64,000 bases of DNA from Candidatus Peregrinibacteria bacterium. Its GTDB lineage: Bacteria > Patescibacteriota > Gracilibacteria > UBA1369. A program made the translations under genes and the position numbers. The stretch is taken from positions 448,001-512,000 of the forward strand of contig OY970195.1 of NCBI GenBank assembly GCA_963708185.1, read 5' to 3'. The notes under the pieces were generated by a model. The model did not search any database and was not told where the DNA came from. It worked only from the letters and a program-made list of their open reading frames with translations. Every line of letters starts with the position of its first letter. Position 1 is the stretch's first letter. Shown here in pieces: positions 1 to 9,151 of this stretch.

Positions 1-368
1 CTTCCGAAGGCCGGGAGTTTTTCATCACCTTCGATGACATGAAACGTGATCGGCTTTCGTCTCTGCTGCGTTTGAGGTTTTCATCGTACAGTCTTCAGGG
101 TAAACCGCACTTTTTAAAAGAACTTGAGGGGGCGGCCCTGGTACGTGAAGTTCACACCTACGGCGAACAGGTCGAAATCTCTTCAAGAGAAAAAGCTGTG
201 TCGCAACACATCGGGTTGGGCCGCCGCATGATGAAGAAAGCCGAGGAGATTGCACTCAAAAACGGCTATAAGAAAATCGCCGTCATCAGCGGGATCGGCG
301 TTCGTGAATATTATCGTAAGCTGGGCTACGAGTTGGAAGGGACGTACATGATGAAAAAGCTCGCTTAG
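1..368 (+). CDS. elp3: Elp3-family radical SAM/acetyltransferase (tRNA U34 modification), C-terminal part; 5' truncated by window
   Basis: Frame open from position 3; motifs LLRLR, ALVREVHTYG, QHIGLGRRMM, IAVISGIGVREYYRKLGY typical of the Elp3 KAT domain. Confidence 0.9.
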   Translation, partial: SEGREFFITFDDMKRDRLSSLLRLRFSSYSLQGKPHFLKELEGAALVREVHTYGEQVEISSREKAVSQHIGLGRRMMKKAEEIALKNGYKKIAVISGIGVREYYRKLGYELEGTYMMKKLA

Positions 369-3300
369 GGAGCCTGGACCAGGGGATGGTCGATCTTCGG
401 AGGTTCGATGTCGGTGTCGTGGATCTGGTCGCCCATGATATCTTTGATTTCCGGTGTTATTTCAACGGAAGCCACAGGCTGCATGATGAGTGCATAACCC
501 ATCGCTCCCAATGCGCCTCCCATGGCGAGCTTATTTACCCAGTGCCCGCTTTTTGAAATGTCACGCAAGGCCTCCAGATCCTCAATTTCGTTTCCGGCTT
601 TTTTGAGTGCCTGGCCCATCTCCATACTTTTTCCGGTTTCACTTGCTTCTTGCATGATTGCTTTGGCTGCCTTAAGTCTCATAAAAGTGCCCGCCATCGT
701 CGATGCATCGCATAGCCCGGAGCCAACTCCGAACGCTGCTCTCAATGTACGGTCGGTTTTGTCGAGTTTTCTTCCTGTGACCATCTCTTCGCCGGTAAAG
801 GCGGAATAAAAGTTGGAATATGTGGAAATGAAGGGCACCGTGTCGACGACGGACTGGCCAAGAGCATTGGAAAGCGCTTTACTGAACTCTTCACTTGCGT
901 TCCGGTCTTTAAAGTTTATAGCTGTTCCCAAAGCGATAAAACCACCGTAAAGTAACAACTTTCCCCTTGTAATGTTGGTGACGCTTTTCAGAATTCCTTC
1001 TTTTTCGCTCTGTTTATTCAATACTTTGTAGAACAGTTGCTGCATCTGATTTTTTTCCTGTTTGGCTATTTGTTCGATTTCTGGTGTTGCGGCGCCCTTG
1101 CCTTTCATCGCTTTTCTGAGCTTCCATTCTGTCGTAAATTTTTGGGCAAGGCTTTTGTATGTCGTAAAGTCTCCGAGATCGATTCTGATTTTTTCTTTCA
1201 TGAGATCGTTGTATTCTCTTGCTATTCCCTTGATGTCTTTCCCCTCCTTTGCCAGTTTTTCCATTTCAGCCATTTTGTCGGCCATTTGTAGATTTATCTG
1301 CTTTCTGTGGGCGTCAATGGTGTTCTGAAGGGTATCCATCTGGTCAAGATACGTTTTGGTCAATACGCCCTTTTCTCCTTCCGGACCGAATTTGTTTGTG
1401 AAGACAGCTTTGCGTTCAGCCATCTCATAGACAAGATAGTTTCCCTGAAGTTCCACACGTTCTTTTATAAATGCCCGCATGGTCGATTGGTTTTCCTTGA
1501 TGATCTCTTCGGCTTTTGTAATCTCCGGACCGGTGGAAATTCTCTTGGATTTCAGCTCTGCGATTTTTGCTTCCTGTTCGGCGATGGTTTTTCGATAACC
1601 ATGAATTTGCTGGTCTTTTTCGAGAAGCGCCACTTTGGCTTTGTTATGTTCGATCTCTCTCGTAATCTCTTCAGTAGACTTTATTTTTGGTTGTTTTTCA
1701 GCAATTTCCAGGCTTTTCTTGGCGCGCGTAAGTTCCTCTTCGTTATTTTTGATATCCTGATCGACTTCGGAAGGTGTGGCGTTGGTTTTGAATTCCCGTC
1801 CGATCAGTCCGCTCTCGGGAGAAATGCCTTTTGCTTTATTGATGAGTTCAGTCGCTGTTTTTATCGGCGCTTTGAGGTACTTGGAGACAATGTATTTGCC
1901 GTACTCTTTTTTCCATTCGGGTAACAATAACCAACCAATGGCTTTGGGAGCGTGCGTCGCGGACAAAAGTTCCAATTCGGTCCAGCCCCGACGTTTCATG
2001 ATTTGATCTCTCAGGTCGTTGTATTCGTCGCCAAGCGCTACGTTTGTCTTAAATACCCTATCCGCTTTTTCGGCAATGCTTTCAGTACTTTCTTTATTTG
2101 CAATGCTGTTGTTCAGATCTTTCAGTGCATTCTTCCATTCCCGGTAAAGTTCGGTGATTTTTTTGGTATCAATGTTCAGTTTTTTCGCTTCGCTGATAAT
2201 ACTGAGGACACTTTTTTCGTTCATTAATTTTTGCAGGTCCAGCTTGAGCTCCTTGCCCATTTCCTGTTGTTCCGGAGGAAGTTTACTGATGGCGTCGTCA
2301 ATCGACGCTACTTCAGGAGCTGGAGGTTCGGTGCTTACCGCTTCTCCGCTGAGGTTTTTCAGAACATCGTCGACGGTGGTGGTTGGGTTGACGAAATGAC
2401 TGATTTCTTCCTGATGTGCTTCAAAATATTTGCGGATTATCTCTTCCTGCTCCGCTGTTGAAGCGCTTCCCACGATAAGATTTAAGCCAGGAATCTGGCC
2501 GAGTACGCCGGCAATTGCTGATTTTCCTTCAGCAATAGTTGACATGAAATCGCTGTATTTGATGTTGCCGATACCCTTCAGGGTTTCTGGATCAACGGTT
2601 CCCCCCATCTCTTGACTGATTTTTTCCGCCATGTGCCGGTGAATTTCAAAATTTTCGTCCGGTCCGGCGAAAAGAACCTTGAACGCTTCGACGAACTCTC
2701 CATGAGAAAGATGAATGAGAAACTGGCTCAAACGGTTGCCGGTGATGTTGATGCCAAGCTTGTCCTTCAGCCATTTACTGACATCCTCATTACCGATCAA
2801 TCTTCCCAGGACAAAAATGCCGGCGCTGATGCCAAGACCCCATTTGAGTCTTTTTCCCCATTTGTCTCCGAGGATTTTGTCGATGAACCCTTCTTTTTTT
2901 TCTCCGTTTCCCTGCTCTTCATCTTCATCGGACGAAGTGAACCATTTGAAGATTTTATAGACACCGTACGCGCCTGCGGCCGCGATTCCGGCCGTGAGGA
3001 TAGGATGCTCTTTGGCAAAACCGGTTATTTTTTCCCAGAAGGTCGTTGGTTCTTTTTCCACTGTGGCTCCGGGGTATTTCCCGGGCTGTTGAGTCGGTGC
3101 GCTTAACGCTTCTTTGGTTTTATGGGCGCTTTCGTAAATTTCATGACCGCGTTCTACCAGTCTGCTCCAACGTTCTTTCAATACGGCGTATATTTTGGAG
3201 TCGGGTTTCGATGCGATTTCCTGGAGTTTCTTGAGTGAAATTTTTTCCGCCGGGTTCAATTTTTCCAGCGTAGCTCTTCCAATATTTTTCAAGCTTTCGA

Positions 3301-3658
3301 TGTTTTTCAGCGCTTCTTTCGTCGTCCCGCTCTCAAAAAGCATTGCCAAAAGCGTTGTTCCGGTTACGGTCTGTAAAAGGTCGAAAGACTCCTTTTGTTC
3401 CTTACTTTCCAGTCCTTCTTCCACGTTCAGCCTGTCGATCTTGGAAGGCGTATCTTTATCCGGATTTACCTCCATCTGGAGGACTTCGCGTTTGATTTCC
3501 GAAGTCTCCTTGGTGGCCTCTTTTTTGACATCGGTTTTTTCAGCTGCGATTTCCGGAGCTTTTTCCGGCATCTTTACTTCACCGAGTTTGAGGACGTCGG
3601 GAGTGTTTTCAGACTGTCCATTTGGATTTTCTTCCGGTTTTTGTTTATCACCTGCCAT
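365..3658 (-). CDS. Large hypothetical membrane/coiled-coil protein with pre-toxin TG-like domain near the C-terminus
   Basis: 1097 aa ORF; acidic N-terminus, hydrophobic segments (ILTAGIAAAGAYGV, WGLGISAGIFVLG), long coiled coil, DTVPFIS...AFTGEEMVTGRKLDKTDR resembling PT-TG. Confidence 0.65.
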   Translation of the reverse strand: MAGDKQKPEENPNGQSENTPDVLKLGEVKMPEKAPEIAAEKTDVKKEATKETSEIKREVLQMEVNPDKDTPSKIDRLNVEEGLESKEQKESFDLLQTVTGTTLLAMLFESGTTKEALKNIESLKNIGRATLEKLNPAEKISLKKLQEIASKPDSKIYAVLKERWSRLVERGHEIYESAHKTKEALSAPTQQPGKYPGATVEKEPTTFWEKITGFAKEHPILTAGIAAAGAYGVYKIFKWFTSSDEDEEQGNGEKKEGFIDKILGDKWGKRLKWGLGISAGIFVLGRLIGNEDVSKWLKDKLGINITGNRLSQFLIHLSHGEFVEAFKVLFAGPDENFEIHRHMAEKISQEMGGTVDPETLKGIGNIKYSDFMSTIAEGKSAIAGVLGQIPGLNLIVGSASTAEQEEIIRKYFEAHQEEISHFVNPTTTVDDVLKNLSGEAVSTEPPAPEVASIDDAISKLPPEQQEMGKELKLDLQKLMNEKSVLSIISEAKKLNIDTKKITELYREWKNALKDLNNSIANKESTESIAEKADRVFKTNVALGDEYNDLRDQIMKRRGWTELELLSATHAPKAIGWLLLPEWKKEYGKYIVSKYLKAPIKTATELINKAKGISPESGLIGREFKTNATPSEVDQDIKNNEEELTRAKKSLEIAEKQPKIKSTEEITREIEHNKAKVALLEKDQQIHGYRKTIAEQEAKIAELKSKRISTGPEITKAEEIIKENQSTMRAFIKERVELQGNYLVYEMAERKAVFTNKFGPEGEKGVLTKTYLDQMDTLQNTIDAHRKQINLQMADKMAEMEKLAKEGKDIKGIAREYNDLMKEKIRIDLGDFTTYKSLAQKFTTEWKLRKAMKGKGAATPEIEQIAKQEKNQMQQLFYKVLNKQSEKEGILKSVTNITRGKLLLYGGFIALGTAINFKDRNASEEFSKALSNALGQSVVDTVPFISTYSNFYSAFTGEEMVTGRKLDKTDRTLRAAFGVGSGLCDASTMAGTFMRLKAAKAIMQEASETGKSMEMGQALKKAGNEIEDLEALRDISKSGHWVNKLAMGGALGAMGYALIMQPVASVEITPEIKDIMGDQIHDTDIEPPKIDHPLVQAP

Positions 3659-3730
3659 GGTTGTTCTTCGAAAATAATTCCTATTATTATACCCTAAATC
3701 GGTTGTTTTGAGTAGGCCTTTCTGGAGTTT

Positions 3731-5009
3731 TTAGATTTTTACGGTCAGCAGTTCGTCCCATTGGGTGGTGTAGTTCGGCGAGCGTTTTTCCTGACGATAA
3801 CGCCATTCCTGCCGTATTCCGTTGCTTCCGTATTTTAAGGTGTCCGTGCCCCAGCGCCAGTTGAGCCGGTCCATGACCGCCATCAATGACTCTTTTCGTT
3901 CATATTCCCGTAAAGGAGTGAAGAGCTTCCAGCTGCTGGTGGCGTTTGGGCGTTATCCCCGTCAGGATGACGCCGGCCTTCTTGTAGTTGTAGCCGTCTT
4001 TATAGATTTTTTTGAGGCATTCCCGGGCTGTTGCCATACATTCCGGCGTTGAAGCCGTGGGGTAGGGAAGTTCCCGTCCTCCGCTTTGCCGGTATATGGA
4101 CCCTTCCTGGTAATGGCCGGTACTGACGTAGACCTGTATGTATGAGGCCACACAGCCCTGTTCGCGCAGTTTTTCGGTGGCGCGACTGACGAACGTTGAA
4201 ACGGCTTCTTTGAGAGCTTCAAAGGTGGTGACAGGATGACGGAACGAACGGGATGTGATAATGCTTTTTTGGGCTTCGGGTTCTTCCTGCATCTCAATTT
4301 TTGGAATTCCACGAAGTTCCAGGACAGTGCGTAATCCGTTGACGGAGAGGTGTTTTTTGACCCAAACATCGTCGCTGTTTTTGAGCTGAAGCACATTGCA
4401 AATGCCGTACTGGCGCAGCAGTTTTCCCGTCCGGTAGCCGATGCCCCAGATCTCTTCAACGTCAAGTTTTTGCAATATTTCATCGGCGTGGGGGTGTCCG
4501 GTGATGTTGAAAACACCCTTTTGCAAAGGGTCTTTTTTGGCGATTTTGTTGGCGATCTTGGCTAGGGTTTTGGTCGGTCCTATGCCGATGGAAATCGGGA
4601 TTCCCGTCCATTTCCAGACCGTGCTCCGGACGGTGCGGGCGTACGATGCTATATCGTTTGTCGGCATATTGGTGAAGTCCATGAATGCTTCATCAACGGA
4701 GTAAATTTCGAGATCCGTGGTGAACGTTTCCAGGATGTTCATGACCCTCGCCGAAAAGTCGCCGTACAGGGCGAAATTGGAGGAAAATACCGCGATATTG
4801 TGTTTTTTAACGAGTTTTTCGCATTCAAAATACGCTTGGGCCATGCCGATGCCGATCGTTTTGGCTTCGTTTGATCTTGCAATGACGCATCCGTCGTTGT
4901 TGGAAAGAACGATGATGGGTCTTTTGCGTAATTTTGGCTGAAACACCCGCTCACAGGACGCATAGAAATTGTTGCAGTCGGCCAGCCCGAAGAGCTTCAC
5001 GTGGTTCAT
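3731..5009 (-). CDS. umuC: Y-family DNA polymerase V subunit UmuC, with an apparent one-base insertion at ~3927-3930
   Basis: DCNNFYASCE, VLSNNDGCVIARS and YSVDEAF motifs; start overlaps umuD stop (ATGA). The C-terminal LMAVMDRLNWRWG...RSPNYTTQWDELL (DUF4113-like) lies in another frame ending TAA at 3731. Confidence 0.9.
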
Positions 5010-5434
5010 GCGCGGGTCGAGTGAATGATGTAGGTGACGACTCCCCATATTTCAAATTCCATGTCCGGCGTCATGGCCATTGGTCTATAACGGGGATTTT
5101 CAGGCATGAGCCAGATGTTTTTTCCGTTTTTCTTGAGACGTTTGACCGTAAACTCTCCGTCGATGAGGGCAATGACGATCTTATTATTGGTGCTTTCGAC
5201 GGAACGGTCGACGATAAGAATGTCTCCGGAACGGATGCCGGCATTGATCATGGAATCCCCCTGGACGCGCACGAAGAATGTTGCTGCCGGGTGTTCGACA
5301 AGGTGACTGTTCAGATCCAGGTTTTTTTCAAGAAAGTCGTCGGCAGGTGACGGAAAACCCGCTGAAACCGGCGTGGCGAAGAGCTTGATGGCGGTCTGTT
5401 TTTCCGGGGGGCGGTTTTTGAAAAATTCCAACAT
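5006..5434 (-). CDS. umuD: UmuD (S24 peptidase) subunit of DNA polymerase V
   Basis: VSAGFPSPA cleavage site, GDSM catalytic Ser, FTVKRL catalytic Lys. Confidence 0.95.
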   Translation of the reverse strand: MLEFFKNRPPEKQTAIKLFATPVSAGFPSPADDFLEKNLDLNSHLVEHPAATFFVRVQGDSMINAGIRSGDILIVDRSVESTNNKIVIALIDGEFTVKRLKKNGKNIWLMPENPRYRPMAMTPDMEFEIWGVVTYIIHSTRA

Positions 5435-5447
5435 CGGCAGTGAAGTA

Positions 5448-5490
5448 AGTGCTCATGGGTGAGTATATGCTCACCCATGAGCACTGTGAA
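5448..5490 (-). promoter_or_regulatory. umuDC promoter (TTCACA-N17-TATACT) overlapped by a perfect 16-bp inverted repeat made of two TGCTCA-N4-TGAGYA boxes
   Basis: AGTGCTCATGGGTGAG (5448-5463) TATATG CTCACCCATGAGCACT (5470-5485); -35 at 5485-5490 and -10 at 5462-5467 on the minus strand. Confidence 0.75.
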
Positions 5491-5542
5491 GAATATTGGC
5501 TTTGTGCTATAATAAAAAGATTGTTTAATCATTTTACAGGCC

Positions 5543-7180
5543 ATGTCTCAACCGGGTGAAACCCCCAAACCGTTAGAAGCTTCTCTTACAAGAGAGGTCG
5601 TGCATCGCCACGCACTTGAATTCAAGCCCTCGTTTGCGTTTCTGCAAAAACAAAAAGAGATCCAGTCCATAGCCATCAACCGCGAATTGGAGGAGCATAA
5701 ACTGAAGCTGGAGGAGGGAAGCGATCTTCTTTCCCTCAGGGTCCAGGCTGCGACGATCGGTTCGGAAAAAGACGTGAACCAGCAACTGGATGATGAAAGC
5801 TGTTGTTTGAACGATGAGGAGAAAAAGGCTTATTGCGAGACCGTTGATCAGTGCGTGGATGAACAGGGGACCACCGAGGATGATAAAGAGGCTCTTCGAA
5901 GAACGATGACGGAGGTCATCTTCAAACCCCGGGTCTTTCTTGCACACTATAAACACTGGCGGAAAAATTGGGATTCAGATCCAAAACTCCAGGAAAAATA
6001 TCCTGATTTCCAGGATTACGTTTTTGAACGGGCGAGAGCTTTTATCAATGCGCGCCGCAATGAAATCATTGCCTCACGCTTAAGGAAATTCCAGAAGGAT
6101 TCCATGCCAAAGACTCCGACGGCCGATCAGGGAAAAGAACAACTGAAGGATATCGATCGCAAGGTGATGAGTTTTATCAGGAAGCATGAAGATGAGTTGC
6201 TCGAATATAACGATTTGGACATCAAAGACCCTAAAAGGCAGGCGCTTTCCCAGAAATTTCTTGCTGAATCAGGTTTACAGGGGGCGAAAGCCGCAGAGGC
6301 GCGGAAGCTTTTTGAAGATATCATCGGGGACATCGAAGTGGCGTTTCTGGCTCAAAGAAAATTGGTCTCAAGTTATCAGGATATGGGAGGCCTTGCCCAG
6401 GACGCCATTGATCATAACGAAGATATCGATCAAGAAAAATGGAACAAGATGCTTCAAGACGATCTTCAGAAAGATCCATATTTTAAAGAGGCCCTGGAAC
6501 AGCAACAGGCTTTTGTCTATCAAGCAAGTGCGGATGCCGCTCTCGCGACGATGCCGTTGGACTCTCCGGAATCCGTAGCCATGCAGGCAGGCGGTTTACG
6601 CATCATGGGCTATGATCCCGCAACGGACACCTACACCGTTCGCTATCCGGACAGTACACTTGAAACGAAAATGAAAATTATTCCACGTCCGGGTTCAAAG
6701 ACCTTTGATGATGCCGAGTTCGTTTTTTATGATAAATATGCCGATAAAGCCAAAGGCAACGAGGTGCATTTTAAACGCGATAACTTGCGGAGCGGCTGCA
6801 ACCAGATGTTTCTTGATTACCTCATGAACGACTGGATCAGACAAAACAGCATGAGTCCGGATTTCAACGTCAATGATATCCTTACCGATGATACGATGTC
6901 ACGTATGGCGGAAAGACTTTTTGACAGAAGTCTCAACGATATCGTGCTGACGAAAAACATGCGTTTTATTTTCAGCAGATTTCTGGAGGTCATGATGAAA
7001 GGAGACAACTCATCGACGAAGTACGGTGATCTCGGTTCTTTTGAAGCTCGGGTAAAAAAGATGGATACGGTTATGATGAATCCATCCTATGCGAAAAAAC
7101 TTTACAAGGAGTTTGAAAAAATCGGATCGGTGGCTTTTACGGTTTCTACTTTGTTGGAGCACATCGATTATAAGGAGTAG
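5543..7180 (+). CDS. Hypothetical protein (545 aa, charged, largely helical)
   Basis: Long ORF divergent from umuD; extended -10 TGcTATAAT at 5505-5513; no motif recognised. Confidence 0.8.
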   Translation: MSQPGETPKPLEASLTREVVHRHALEFKPSFAFLQKQKEIQSIAINRELEEHKLKLEEGSDLLSLRVQAATIGSEKDVNQQLDDESCCLNDEEKKAYCETVDQCVDEQGTTEDDKEALRRTMTEVIFKPRVFLAHYKHWRKNWDSDPKLQEKYPDFQDYVFERARAFINARRNEIIASRLRKFQKDSMPKTPTADQGKEQLKDIDRKVMSFIRKHEDELLEYNDLDIKDPKRQALSQKFLAESGLQGAKAAEARKLFEDIIGDIEVAFLAQRKLVSSYQDMGGLAQDAIDHNEDIDQEKWNKMLQDDLQKDPYFKEALEQQQAFVYQASADAALATMPLDSPESVAMQAGGLRIMGYDPATDTYTVRYPDSTLETKMKIIPRPGSKTFDDAEFVFYDKYADKAKGNEVHFKRDNLRSGCNQMFLDYLMNDWIRQNSMSPDFNVNDILTDDTMSRMAERLFDRSLNDIVLTKNMRFIFSRFLEVMMKGDNSSTKYGDLGSFEARVKKMDTVMMNPSYAKKLYKEFEKIGSVAFTVSTLLEHIDYKE

Positions 7181-7197
7181 TTCACTTCGAGCATAGG

Positions 7198-7240
7198 AAA
7201 AAGCGCCCCTGAAGTCCTATGAAGGAAGCAGCGAGGCGCC
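7198..7240 (-). terminator. Structured intrinsic terminator of cassette 1
   Basis: Minus strand GGCGCCTC-gctgct-TCCT-tcat-AGGA-cttca-GGGGCGCT followed by a T run. Confidence 0.65.
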
Positions 7241-7298
7241 GAGTTGGTGGTTATTCAATGAAGTGAAGAAAAGTGGAGATAAGAAAGCTCGGCGGGGA

Positions 7299-8050
7299 TC
7301 AGTACTGGAGCAGGAATTCCGCTCCGTTCGGGCAGGAAGACGAGAGGTTGATGTTGGGGTTGGAACCGCAAGAGATTGCGGTGTACCCAACGCTGAAGAG
7401 TTCTCCCTCCATCTGCGAGTGATCGGGAGCGGGCCCGGACTGAACGTCGGGGCGCACTTTTTCGAACACGAGACGGGGTAGGAACCGAGCGAGCTTGCCT
7501 GGGATGCGTTGTTGTTGGGAGGGTCACCGACCCATACCATCACGACGCTTCCCGCGATGGGGTGGGTGTAGAACGGTTGGGTACCGTCCTGACACGTCGA
7601 GTCGTCGGGCGACGACTCCATGTTGTAAGTCGTCCCCAACTTGTTGAGGATGACCTTGTAGCACGAGTTCGTGCACTTGAAGGTGACCGCGTTGGGCTGC
7701 GGCGGGTCGTTGCAGAGAGGGGGAGCTCCACCGGAACCACCCGTACCGCCCATACCGCCAGAGCCGCCCATGCCGCCACCGCCGGTGGAGCTGGTTGCTC
7801 CGCCCATGCCGCCAGAACCGCCCTGGCCGCCTGAAGAGCTCGTCGAGCCCCCCATGCCGCCGGAGCCGCCCTGACTGGAACTGCTGGTGGTCTTGCCACC
7901 TCCAGTATCAGAGGTGGACATTCCTCCGGAACCACCTCCGCCTTGGTTGCAGATGTCCGGACAGGTGCCGTAGGAATCCAGGACGCATGCCTGGAGGACG
8001 AAGATCCCCATGCAGGGGAGCGACGTCATCAGTAAACTTTTCAGATGCAT
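7299..8050 (-). CDS. Gly-rich lipoprotein with 8-Cys C-terminal domain (copy 1), one-base deletion at ~7434-7436
   Basis: SD GGGAGG, start MHLKSLL, lipobox LQAC, GGSGGMGG linker. After restoring one G it ends ...SCGSNPNINLSSSCPNGAEFLLQY*, matching copy 2. Confidence 0.8.
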
Positions 8051-8094
8051 ATGACCTCCCGGGAGAAGAAAGTGCCTCCCTTGGAAATTTCGTA

Positions 8095-8216
8095 ACTTCA
8101 TTGATGTCAAACACCAGTCTTTTTGTTTGTAAACCGTCAGAAACTCCTTTAGGTGTTTGCGGTTCACAAAAGCAAAAAGAGCGTTTAATTATGGTGTAAA
8201 AGTGATAAAAAGTCAA
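8095..8216 (-). promoter_or_regulatory. Promoter (TTGACT-N17-CATAAT) and structured 5' leader of cassette 1
   Basis: -35 at 8211-8216, -10 at 8188-8193; long hairpin 8118-8180; segment 8095-8116 complementary to 3'UTR 7245-7264. Confidence 0.75.
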
Positions 8217-8224
8217 TACATAGG

Positions 8225-8265
8225 AAAAAGCGCCCAGAAGTCCTGGTAAGGAAGCAGCGGGCGCC
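8225..8265 (-). terminator. Structured intrinsic terminator of cassette 2
   Basis: Minus strand GGCGCCC-gctgct-TCCT-tacc-AGGA-cttct-GGGCGCT followed by a T run. Confidence 0.65.
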
Positions 8266-8319
8266 GGGTTGATGGTTGTACAATGAAGTAGAGCTAAGGA
8301 AGTTCGTCCGGCGCGAGAC

Positions 8320-9094
8320 CTAGTACTGGAGCAGGAAATCCGCTCCATGGGTGCAGGAAGGTGCCGAGAGGTTGATGTTGGGATTGGAACCGCACCCGAT
8401 GGTGTTGTATCCGGACGTGAAGAGTTCCGCTTCCATCTGCGAGTGATCGGGAGCGGGCCCCGGATTGAACGTCGGGGCGCACTTGACCGAACACGAGAGA
8501 GGGAACGAACCCTGGGAAACCGCCTGGATATTGTTGTTGTTCGCGGGGTCGTTGACCCACGCCATGACAACACTCCCGACGTTGGGGTGGGTGTAGAACG
8601 GTTGGGTACCGTCCTGGCACGTCGAGTCGTCGGGTGACGACTCCGCGTTGTTGGTCGTCCCCAACTTGTTGAGGATGACCTTGTAGCACGAGTTCGTGCA
8701 CTTGAAAGTGACCGCGTTGGGCTGCGGCGGGTCGTTGCAGAGGGGGAGCTCCACCGGAGCCGCCCATGCCGCCTGCACCACCCTGACCACTTGAACCGCC
8801 CATGCCGCCGGAACCCGCAGTTCCACCGGTGCCCGTTGCACCAGCTTCACCGCCCGCTCCAGCAGAGCCGCCTTGGCCGCCCATGCCGCCGAAACCCGCA
8901 GTTCCACCGGTGCCCGTTGCACCAGCTTCGCCACCGGTTCCTGCAGAGCCGCCTTGGCCGTCGCTTCCGGCCTGACCGCTCGAACCGCCGGAACCTCCGG
9001 GGCCGAACAGCGGGTCCGAATTCAGACCGCATCCCCCCGAGTAGAGGGCGGCGGCCAGGATCATCGGACAATACATGAATACCGTGAGACGCAT
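8320..9094 (-). CDS. Gly-rich lipoprotein with 8-Cys C-terminal domain (copy 2), frameshift at ~8739-8746
   Basis: SD AAGGAGG, start MRLTVF, lipobox-like SGGC, Gly linker; the Cys domain CNDPPQPN...DFLLQY* is in another frame, and copy 1 has one more CT at this site. Confidence 0.8.
8799..8960. repeat. Two 81-bp tandem repeats encoding a 27-aa Gly-rich unit
   Basis: GQGGSAG(T/A)GGEAGATGTGGTAG(F/S)GGMG twice; units start at 8799 and 8880. Confidence 0.9.
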
Positions 9095-9151
9095 CAGTTT
9101 ACTCCTCCTTTTATAGGTTATGTCCTTCTAAATGTTGAGGACAGTTTCGTT

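Noticed and set aside
3900-3902. TGA readthrough (genetic code 25) in umuC
   Set aside because: The missing C-terminus is in a different frame, and TGA is the true stop of umuD, tyrS and other genes
7299-8745. Diversity-generating retroelement TR/VR pair
   Set aside because: No reverse transcriptase in the window; differences include indels and non-adenine changes; both copies are whole genes with promoters
7730-8960. CRISPR-like repeats
   Set aside because: Repeats are in-frame Gly codon units without spacers; no cas genes
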